Shown here piece by piece: positions 54,001 to 64,000 of a stretch of DNA of 64,000 nucleotides. The DNA is from Lepidodermella squamata (lineage: Eukaryota > Animalia > Gastrotricha). How positions within the stretch are numbered: the stretch's first letter is position 1; every line of letters begins with the position of its first letter. Position numbers and translations under genes: made by a program. The notes below the pieces were generated by a model, which worked only from the letters and a program-made list of their open reading frames with translations, had not been told where the DNA came from and did not search any database. The stretch covers positions 248,001-312,000 of the forward strand of contig JBLDXI010000004.1 in the NCBI GenBank assembly GCA_047495785.1, given 5' to 3'.

Positions 54001-55865
54001 GAGACCTTACTTATCGACACGCCAGCTCGAAAATGCTTACAAGACCTACGTTCTACCATACCTCGAATTCGCTATGGTACCATATACATTCGCGGCGTCG
54101 GCTAGCACCTTGGAGAAACTCGATGCAGTTCAAAACAGATTTGTTAAGATGACGGAAGCCAAATTGACACCGCTGGGCCATCGCAGATTCGTCGGGGTCA
54201 TGACGTATCTCTACAAAACTATGGTAGCAGGTCGGGGGACGAACCAAGTCCGCTCGAAATTTATAAAAATCCCGAAGCCGAATACAAGAACGAGGGCAGC
54301 GAGCGAGAAACACCACCATCAACTACAGCTTGCAAAATCGTCGAAGAACAGGGTCGACACGGCACCCTTTCGAAGGATGCAAGAGATCGTCAATCAATGG
54401 AACGACCTACCACGCGATACCTTTCCTGACACCGTCAACATCACAATATTTAAAGAAAAGATGAACGTCCTAGGGCGTCGGCTATAAGCCTACTAATGAT
54501 AACTGTGTGCGCCTGAATTTTTTCGTAAATAAAAAAAAAAAAAAAAACATCTAATATTAATAAAATAATTTCACAGCTCAGCTGGACAAACCAGTTAAAC
54601 ATTCGTTTAGAGTGCTGAATGTCATGCCAGCTACATTTCCATTTGAACACGACGCGTTACTCGAGGCCGGTTTACATTCGACAAGAGAAAACGTTGTAGA
54701 ATCGACGCATAAAATACGAGGTTGCTGGCAGAAATGATGGCTGGTTAGTTAGAGTAGATAAATTGTGAAGTCAACAAACCAGGCTGTCTAAGCAGTCTGC
54801 GTAGTTTGCGCCAAAGTCAGTCGAGGCTTTGAAGGTTGAAACCTAAAACACGAAAAAAATCAATTCAATCTAGAATGGATAATATCGAAAAAAATTGTTT
54901 GCAATTTTATCAAAATTTTAGCAGCACGCGATCGAAAAAAATTCATAAAAAAATCTACGGCAAATTCTATTACAAGGCTAATAAGAGAGTTATCGGAAAT
55001 TGAATACTCAAAAAATACCAACCAAAGTGAGAGGCGACGGGCAAGAATTTCGGCAAACGGGACCATTGGAAGAGGAACACAGCGCAGCTGGCTACGAATT
55101 TAAAAAAATCAGACATCTCGTTGGAAGTAATCTTTGAGTTTGCTCACGCCAGCAACACAGTAGGCCTTGTTCATGAATGAACCACTGTTATATTCCTATA
55201 AAATACAACAAAATCGAAATGCTGGGGGATTGAAGGGAACGAGGAACACACCTGTGTCAGGTTGGTGTCAGTGCAAGGCGTAGATCGACAGCCAACAAAA
55301 GCTCGATTGCTTTTGGCAAAGCACCGGTAATTAGTCACGAAATCGGCAGTGTTGCGAACGGCTAGAAAATGTCAATTAAATGTCAATACGTTCCAGATGC
55401 TATAGAGAACTAACCTCGGGTAGAATCCAAGCAAGCTTGCATCGTCGCAAAAGCATTGATCAAGGTCTGAAATTAGTGAAGCAGTTTTAGTAGCAATTTA
55501 ACGACTGGGCATGAATATTCGAGAATTTCAAGCAGGAATTAAAGAATTTTAAAATTCGACTAGCTCGATATCACAGAAAATTTCAAGAAAAAGAAACATT
55601 TGACATCAATAACAAAAAAAAACTTCGTATTCAAATCGGAAATTAAAAAAATTGAAATTTTTGAAAAATTTCAGAATTGATCAAAAATAATTCCGAAATT
55701 CTTCTATCATAAGTGGTTAAAAATTAAGAAAATTAAAAATTAAGAACGAAAAACTTACGCCGCCAGTTGGGCATGAGCCGCCTGGAATGCAGATTTGCTG
55801 GCCGTCGCTGCTAGTGAAATTGGCTCCAAATTGAGAAAAAAGATGACAGCCAGTAGAAACTTCAT
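51046..55865 (-). pseudogene. Cys-module/CTLD gene, copy 7 (~8 modules + CTLD), frameshifted, LINE in intron
   Basis: Exons 55865-55759, 55466-55415, 55361-55252, 55195-55148, 55091-55023, 54842-54780, 54724-54592, 52514-52417, 52364-52317, 52259-52182, 52129-52061, 52008-51922, 51859-51779, 51564-51046. Probable 1-nt loss in exon 1 and two deletions in the CTLD relative to copy 8. Confidence 0.8.
53096..54547 (+). mobile_element. 5'-truncated non-LTR retrotransposon (RT domain) with poly(A) tail
   Basis: NYRPVG, DVSGAFDRV, GICQGSALGP, FADD; poly(A) 54531-54547; TSD AACATCT at 53089-53095 and 54546-54552. Confidence 0.9.
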
Positions 55866-56807
55866 ATTATCGTATTTTAACTAGAACGAGTGCTTTTAGA
55901 AATAAATATTTTCCGTTGAAGAATTGTATTAAAATCTGGCCACGTTTATAGAGTCGATCGCGTGTCAAGTTCGCACATCAAAAAAACGTGTTTGCTTTTA
56001 AAATTTGTAAACATTGTGTTTGAGGTTTTTTGGCGCGAAAAAACGAAGATTTCCATTGGCTGATTCAAATAAAACCGCGATTTTCAAATTTCGAATTTTT
56101 TATTAAAAATAATCGTATTGGCTCGGCACGTGCGAAGACTCGGAAAAAAATATCTCAGTCATTCATGCAAAAAATATCAAATAAAAAATGCCTTTTTAGA
56201 GCAGAGAGATCAGTGAAAAAATTTGCAAGCAACTGGTAAGTATATGGTAAGTTAATCCAACAATATAGATTCACGTTATAAAACACATGTTTCAAAATAT
56301 CAACATCACGGAGGTATTTGCAATTATAACTGAAAGACAAGACGTAGTTTTTCCAGAATAATCCATAGTTACATGTAGATAGATAGAGGCAGCGATCAAA
56401 AGTTAAATACATGAACATCGCCTTCAGAAGTTTCAAGATCATAATTTCTCGAGAGATTTTATTGATATTTCACACAGCTATTATAAAATTCTCCATAAGC
56501 CAACTAAATGGTCGATTATATCCGTGGGGTGATAGATGATAAGTCCGTAGATTCGTTCAAGACTTGCGGCGAGATGCAAAAGAACGACAAGCGGCATTAA
56601 TTAATAATGGCAACGCTCATTTATTTATATTTAATTGATAACGAGAAAAGAGAGCAAAAAATTATAATATTTCCAATACATGAATCAACTGTTAATTTTA
56701 AGATAATAATAAGTTTGGCTTACTGTGAGAGATGTCTTCACGCATTCGCATATAATTTATAGCCAAAGTTATTTATCAGACGAAAATAAATCAGGCGAAA
56801 AAATTAA

Positions 56808-57692
56808 TCAATTTACGTATGTAAGAATCAGTTCTTTCAATTTTTTCGCTGCGCCAGTAAGCGGCCGTGTTCCAAACACGTCGGTCCAATTCTTGTGAGC
56901 TTCGATTATTATGTTGGCCAGCTCGGGCTCGGATGTATTTTTCGCGAGAAATCGATCGTAGTGTTCGTCAATGAGATCAGCGAAGGCTTCGAGTTCGCAC
57001 TTTAAATATTCATTAATGTAAATATTATTTTATGAAATATGTTAAATGTTAACGCCAACCTTCAAGTAGAGATGCCGACGTGGGCCAGTCTGGCGAGCAG
57101 GAGCAGCATTAATAAGCATAGCCATTTTCTCGCGAATCGGGATGCGACGCGGGGTATCGATCAGTACGCTTGTCCGTCGAAAGTTCCAGCCTGGCAGCAA
57201 AGTTTTATCGGGCGCCACAGTGGCATCAGGATTCACGTCGGGATCAGGACTCGCCGACCGCGAGTTGTTGGCTGAAGAATGAACAGATGAGCGAGCTGAA
57301 GAGTGTGCTGAAGAATTAACCGACGAACGCGCAGAGGAACGAGATGAACGATCGGACCGCGCACTTGCTAGGCTGCTGCGCCGCGATGAAGGCCTCGAGT
57401 TCAACGTTAGCCTTGCGACTACCTCGTTTAGGTCATTTTCTTCGGGTTCGGCGATGGTCAGTTTGAAATGAGGAGGCTCGTCAGGACTGAGCCGAAACGC
57501 CCGGGCCAACGCCTGTTCGTCCACGACCGAAACCCAGAAGCTTCCGTCAAAGTACTTAATCGCTAGTGGAAACGACCCTGTGAGTTTCCATTTCCATTGT
57601 CGAAGAATTTCTGCTTGCAAACTTGCCACGGTACGTTCTTCGATGGAGAAGACCCGAACGTCGTCTTTCCAGGACATCCTTATTTCCGACAT
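56808..57692 (-). CDS. PB1-domain-like protein with Ser/Arg-rich linker
   Basis: N-terminus IRMSWKDDVRVFSI..LAIKYFDGSFWVSVVDEQALARAF fits the PB1 pattern. Probable exons 57692-57060 and 56999-~56808; 3' end uncertain. Confidence 0.65.
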
Positions 57693-58283
57693 TTAAGAGT
57701 TAATATATCTAAAATATAAAAAATATGAAATAATGCAATAAATTAAAATAATTAGTTCCAAGATGGTTCAGCGATAAATGTATCTAAATTGAATGCGTAA
57801 AACACCGCGGGATGGCTTGGTATCGCGCCTAGAATAGGAATCTTAATGCATCCACAGAGGGTGAAAAAACGTCATCTCACGCTGGGAAAAATTTGGCGTA
57901 GAACGGATGGTCGTCAATTTTGAAAATAGTCGAGCATTTTTCAAAAGTGCCGATCAGATTAGTAATATCTTGAAAAGGGATCATAATTCGTTTGCCAAGT
58001 GAGCCGAATCTAAATAACTATTATCAAGCAAGCAAGATGAATTACGTAAAGCAAAATTACTTTTTAAAAACTGCCGCAGCGGTAGCTTTCAAACAAGGTA
58101 GGAAAATAGTACCCTTTCGAGGCAAACAATTTTTGTGACGACGATTTCCGCGCCTTGTCGACAGGTAGTGCGCTAGTAAAACGTGTAGATCGTCTTTCAT
58201 TTCAAGTTCAGTAAAAATTCTAGTTACTGACGTTCATATTTATAAAAATAGTGTTAAATTATCGAAATTCCAAGTATTGTATC

Positions 58284-60463
58284 ATGGGCGACATCCCAGC
58301 GGTAGGAGTATTGCTGGGAAACGATTTAGCTGGGAGACCCGCGATTATTAGAATAGCCCCAGTCAATAAAACTATTGCTAAACGAAAAGCTATCCGCAAG
58401 CCTTATCGAGAGCTGTCGAGGCAGCAAAAAGTTATTCGCGTTCAACAAGCGTTGGAGGAGCATATGGATAACTTCAAGAATTCTTCTGCATTCCGGCATT
58501 ATGTGGGGAATGAAAAAATAGAGAGATTGGAAATGAAAGCGAAAGTCGTAAATCTGCCCGAGGTCTCCTCGCGTAGACCAGATGGATGTGTGAAAGCATC
58601 GATAGAACGAGCAGAAACTTGCGAAAAGTAAAACTTTCATTAAAAGAAAAAGACGTTAATGTGTCAATTGACCATATTCTTTTCAATAGAGTAATGGAGC
58701 AACAAGCATCGAAGCTTGTACCTACGCGTTCGGCCTATCCGATTGCCAAGCTTTTAGGCCGAGCGAGAATATCTGGTCCTGGATTAATAAGAGCTCGCAG
58801 AGTCATGTCCGGTTATTTGGAAATCGATGGCATAGAAGGTTTGCTGATTGGTTAGTCAATAATTTTAAATATGCTTCATTCGCTTTTAAGACGAAAACGA
58901 GAAGGAAAGAGGCGTAAGAATCAAACTGGATCAGTTTTTGGAAAAATGGATAGCATCTGGTCACTTGAAATCTCGTATGCTGAACGAAGTACGCTTGCAA
59001 ATCGATGGGACACCTCGACGAACCTCCGTTGGGGATTGTCTGGTACAAGCGACGTTATGCTTTGTGACAAAGAAAAAGAAAACTGGTTTGAACGAAGAAT
59101 TTCAGCTCTTAATCTACGAAGGCAAGGAGTCTTACGAATCAGTCAGGAAATACTTGCAACCGGTGGTTGACGAATTGGTGAAATGGGCCACGGAAGGAGT
59201 GCGGGACAAAAATAATATTCGATACCGCATCAAAATTATTTTGATATGCGATTACCCTATGCTTGTTTACATTCAAGCGTGTGGGCATCACGGCTCGCAC
59301 CATGCATGCATTTTTTGTACCAAGGATTTTCGACATGAAGAAGCTGTTGGTGAGGAAAGGAAATTTGATGAAATAGAAGACCAGTGGCACCAGATGAACG
59401 AACGCGAACGCGAGGAAGCCGGCTGGCACAGATTATTTCTACCCATGTTCCTATTACCCAAAGAGGTATTTCAAGTTGCACCTTGCGTCTTGCATCTTGA
59501 ATGTTGCATCACGAATTCTGGGTTGGAAGCGGTAAGAAATGCTGCGGTTTTAGTAATGATTGAATACTTCCTTAACAGATTTTAACAAAATTGAAAGCTG
59601 AAAATCTCACTTCTGCATATGACAACATCAGTAGAATAATTCAATCAAGTTCTAAAAAACTGACATTGCAAGCTTCAACTACTTGCCAGCGAAAAGTGAA
59701 TATTACACGAGCAAATCACACCGCGACAACTAACGTAAGCTAACTTGATTTCTATTTAACGACATGATATAATGAAAAACAGTCACTCAAATGGCTGGCG
59801 ATGACAGGCTCGCTGTTTCAATATCTCGGACCTAATTGGCATCTCGAGTTTGTGAAAGGAAGATACGGTCGAGATATGGCTTTCTACAAGCAATGGCTAC
59901 TGGATAACCACGGCGTGAGGGTCAGGTCTCATTGGACGCTGGAGCAAATTCAGCTGAAAGCTATTGAAAGAGGCCTTGAGCGCGATGTAAGCAATAAGAA
60001 AAAATGCAGCAATTAAACTAAATATTTTCTTAACCAGAACATCGAAAAAATGCAGCAATATATACTGCAGTGCGACGATTTCTTGCAAACATCAAAAAGA
60101 ATTTTCGAAAGAATTGATTGCATGGATCTTGGCGGTGATCCCGAGGAAGACTTCGAGCGATTCGAAGAAGCATTCAAGGGAATTGTTGGAAGGCTGACTA
60201 CTTATGCGCACAGTAAGGACACTTGAGCTAAAACCTTAAAATAACTACAATTGTCGCTATTTCAAGTTACAGCGCGACACGTTCTACCGTTGCTAAGAAT
60301 GGGCATTAACCTGAGATTACTTTCAGCCGAGTCAATCGAAATCAGGCAAAAAATTATCAAGAAAATGCTAAGCATGACTTGCGCAGCTTTGCCTTCATCT
60401 ATTCCGCGGCAACTAATGAAAGTGTTCATGATAAGGTTGTCGCAGTACTGGCGTGCTATTTAA
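58284..60463 (+). CDS. RAG1-core/Transib-like DDE transposase (621 aa, 7 exons)
   Basis: Exons 58284-58627, 58690-58838, 58891-59531, 59579-59734, 59783-59986, 60038-60212, 60267-60463 total 1866 nt with no internal stop. Motifs RKPYRELSRQQK, QIDGT, GKESYE, D-x18-CIFC, PCVLH, YAH-x4-H-x19-E. Confidence 0.82.
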
Positions 60464-61097
60464 TCTCAAAACCGAAGATTCTAAACCAATGTGATCATTA
60501 ACAATTTGTGATTTGTGATGAGCTGTAAGCTGTGATGAAATGGTTCACGGGAAAGTGAACGAAGAGATTAAGAATAAAATGTGACCGATTTACAACTACT
60601 TGGCGACAACTATACGTCCGTTGGAAAAGTTACACATATTTGTGGTAATGAAAGACGACGAATAGACAAGTGACAATGACAAGAAAGTTGCTAGTAAGCC
60701 AAAATCTGGTATCAGCAGCAGAAAACACAGCGGGATTCTGAATAGACCGCCGGCGGGATATTTTGACCGAAAATAGTTGATAATCAACATTATTTATTTA
60801 TTTTGGATTTAAAACTTAAAGACATTTTTTGTGATTTACATATTATTTGAATTTGCCGCTGATTTTCTTTCGGCCAATCAGAAGAATGGAAAAATTTCTA
60901 CTTACAACCTAAAACATAATGAAGATTGTCGGTGGTAAATCACGTAAGTGTAACGTGAACTCTGCCGTGATGTCGTAAGTCGAAGGCGAGAGCACGTGCG
61001 CTCGTTGTCCCATCAAAAACAATTCTGGCATCATCAAAAAATGTTTCATTTCCAAAATCTTATTTTTCTGAAAAATAAATAATTCTTCGTGGCTAAT

Positions 61098-61440
61098 ATA
61101 AAACTATACGTATTTATTTTATTCTCCGCTCTGCTAACTCTGGCTCTTAGCCAAACCTTTTCTGTGTTTAACAATAAATTTCGGCGTTGCCGTCGCGAAT
61201 CAAGGGGCTGCATTGTAACCCAATTCCCGGTAACAACAAAGCTGTAATTCATCATAAAAAATTAGAAATTTAATTTGTTTAGACGGGGCCGAGTCTGAAC
61301 ACATCTGAACAGTGCATTCGAGAGGTGAGTGATCATTCAAATCATTTCGGTGATTTATTTACCAGCAAGCCTCGCTTTGCTGTAAACCCAAAACGCTCAA
61401 TGCACTTTGCCGGAATGCACTGGCACTAAAAAATTTTTAA
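61098..61440 (+). pseudogene. Remnant of a divergent Cys-module gene
   Basis: ATA in place of ATG, signal-peptide-like KLYVFILFSALLTLALSQ, RRC..GC exon (61098-61229), 42-nt one-Cys exon (61283-61324), decayed third exon from 61366. Confidence 0.55.
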
Positions 61441-61594
61441 TGTGGAGTTTATTTTATTTTATTTTATTTTATTAGTACTTCAGTTGTGCCTGTTTAAAAC
61501 GGCTCAAGAAAACTTTGCTCATCATCCGTCCACTTTACTCACAAACTCGTCTAGATCATTCATATTAGCTTCACCGTAAATGATTCACCAACTT

Positions 61595-63954
61595 TCAGTT
61601 TCCGAAATCAAAGCTTTCACACATAACCGGGAAAACGTTCATATCACACGGCAGCGATACCAAGGCAAATGGACCTGACGGGATGCCGTTATCATCGTAG
61701 TATCGATTCATCCCAGCACAATCGTAATTTGTGTTGACGGGCTTCGGATGGCCGCTCACCCAATCGACAGTAGAAGGCGAGTAAGCTGAACCGTCTGACC
61801 ACTTGTAGACGCCTGATCGCCGGTCGAGGCCCACCCAGCAGGCCTCTTGGGGTGTGTTCTGACCATCGACGAATTCTGCCCTTGTTGTGAACGAGGCCAG
61901 GCGAAATCCAGAGGCTGCACATCTCGCTGCGGCAACTGTTATGTTTCTAACTGTGGAATCCAGCCGGTTAATAACGAAGTACTTGCGAGCTCTGAGGCAT
62001 TTGGCTTTGTTGTCGTAGGTTATACGCGGAGGGAAAGGCGATTCGCCTTGGGCACATCCCACCTTTTTACCCCGGCAAGTCACGGCGCCATCCGAGGCGG
62101 TGCAACGCAGATGAGGAAGCTGCGGATAAAAAAAAACAAAAATTGATCGCTTCTTTTCATTCCGCTGATATAAATCACTTTTTTCAAAATGAAGCAGTAC
62201 AGCAAAATGAAGTAGGATCCCAGAAACTAACTGGGGCTTATATTAAAACCCGAATTGGTGTAGCAAAGCTACCCATTTCCCTTGGTACTTCATAAGTGAA
62301 ACGAAACGACAGGCAATCATTATTCCAAATTCGATTGTCAATTTTTGAATTTTGAATTCCATCAGTGCGATACACATTCAAAAATATCGAAAAATAACTC
62401 ACTATGTCAGCAGCACACGTGTAGAAGTCGTCGTAACTTTGGATAAAAGCTTTGCCGTCTTCCCCGAAAGAAAATGGACTTCTCTTGATTTCAAAGAAAC
62501 GCATTCAGTTAGGAGCAAACGTATGACGAGAATCCTCTTACGCCTTCTGGGCAGTAACTGTTTTTCGGCACGCAGAGTAGCAAGTTGCCGGCGTCATTTT
62601 CATCATCAACGCATTGATGGTATCGGCCCTAAGAAAAAAGGTTAAACATGACACGACAGCTTTTTCACTCATAATACAAACTTGAGTGGCGTTGAGGCAC
62701 AGCATCAAGCTATCGCTCAGGCTGGTCGTGCGTGTTCCGAACGGTTGGAGCTGTTTGGGAAACAGAAACGATTATTCGCATTGAAATTTGATGAATGACT
62801 CACGTCGTATTGGCCATCGCCGGTTGGACATTCCTCCCGGCATGATCCACCCTCAATAGTGTCCAAGCACATTCGAATAGGCTATGAATTATCAACGTAA
62901 AAGAAGTCTTGAAACTCGATTTGGTACTCACTCCTTTTCCGCAATCGTCTTTTGTCGGGTAAATCGTCGCCCCAGCGGTCTGAATCGAATTTTCATTATG
63001 GCAATCGGTAATAAAGATTGTGTACTAACCTCGCCTGAATTGCACTGCGTTGGTGCTTTCACGCAGCCTGTAAATGAAGGCTTGGACCAGTCGAAACACC
63101 GGATATGCGGATACATTTCGGGCGGGGCTAGAAATAATACATTTCGATATTTTAAAAAGTGAATTTAAATTTATTTAATTTTTTTCCGCTATCAATTCGA
63201 AATTCCGCTGGAATCATTGAGGAAATGCCGGATGACCAACGGCGTTCCGATAACTTCCGATAATAATTTCCAATGGAAAAATGACAATAGGTGAAGTGCC
63301 AACAGTGTGCAAAGTAGGATCCGGGTGCTGACGCGTTTTCCAATTTTTTCTAGGACCCAGCCAAAGGGTCCCCTGTGGTTTTGTCAACCTTCCTCTGATT
63401 GCAGTCCCCGTACTTCCCCGTACTTCGCAGTCTAGCCTTGAACCTGAACCCTAACCAAACCCAAACGCCGACCCTAAATCCGAACCCTTACTACTAACCT
63501 CAACCTCCAACCCGCGTTCCCAACGTTTTCAGCAATTATTTTGGGCAAGAAACTAGTTATGGTAATTTCGCTGCTAAAGACTGGGTTGAACATGGGTAAC
63601 GTTGTTCAAATCCAATAACTAAAAAATATCGGGGAATACAGGCCTTCAGGGGCCGAAGGCGGACCTATCCTCGCCAAGCTCAGCAAAGTTGGACATACCG
63701 TTTAAGCAATCGTTGAGAGTGCTGAATGTCGCTCCAGCTACATTTCCATTCGAACACGACGCGTTACTCGAAGCCGGTTTACATTCGACAAGAGAAAAAG
63801 TTGTGGAATCGACGCATAAAACGTGAGGTTGCTGATAGAAACGATGATTCAACTCGCAAGAATAGTAAAATCGTGGAGTTAATTAACAAACCAGGCTTGT
63901 TAAACAGTCGGCGTAGTTTCCGCCAAAATCAGTCGAAGCTCTGAAGGTTGAAAC
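61595..63954 (-). CDS. Cys-module/CTLD protein, copy 8 (5' part lies beyond the window)
   Basis: Exons 63954-63892, 63831-63699, 63127-63030, 62979-62932, 62881-62804, 62750-62682, 62628-62542, 62483-62403, 62119-61595; in frame, internal exon sizes identical to copy 7. Confidence 0.85.
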
Positions 63955-64000
63955 CTAGAAGATGAAAAACATGGATTCAATCTAGATTGGATGAGATAGA

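Larger units (their letters stand above)
56012..60921. mobile_element. RAG1/Transib-like DNA transposon with two divergent genes
   Basis: Inverted termini CATTGTGTTTGAGGTT (left) and CATTATGTTTTAGGTT (right, reverse complement), 14/16 identical, plus shared subterminal TTTCCATT..CTGATT. No clear 5-bp TSD. Confidence 0.6.

Noticed and set aside
56808-57692. RAG2-like gene
   Set aside because: No kelch repeats or PHD finger, and the orientation is divergent rather than convergent.

Overview
Eukaryotic genomic DNA, most likely an invertebrate animal (AT-rich, ~45-90 nt introns, TTAGGG-type repeats; species not identifiable). The window is a tandem cluster of about 10 genes, pseudogenes and fragments of one secreted protein family: signal peptide + 4-8 copies of an unrecognised ~40-aa four-cysteine module encoded by mostly phase-0 micro-exons + a C-terminal C-type-lectin-like domain (CTLD). 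The cluster is packed with transposons (LINEs, Harbinger, hAT, MULE, P-like and Tc1/pogo MITEs, several nested). The standout is a ~4.9-kb element (56012-60921) with heptamer-like inverted termini. It carries a 7-exon, fully in-frame ~621-aa RAG1-core/Transib-like DDE transposase and, head-to-head, a PB1-domain gene rather than a RAG2-like gene. It sits between two divergently oriented lectin-family gene starts. All gene models were spliced by hand from the sequence; no database searches were run.
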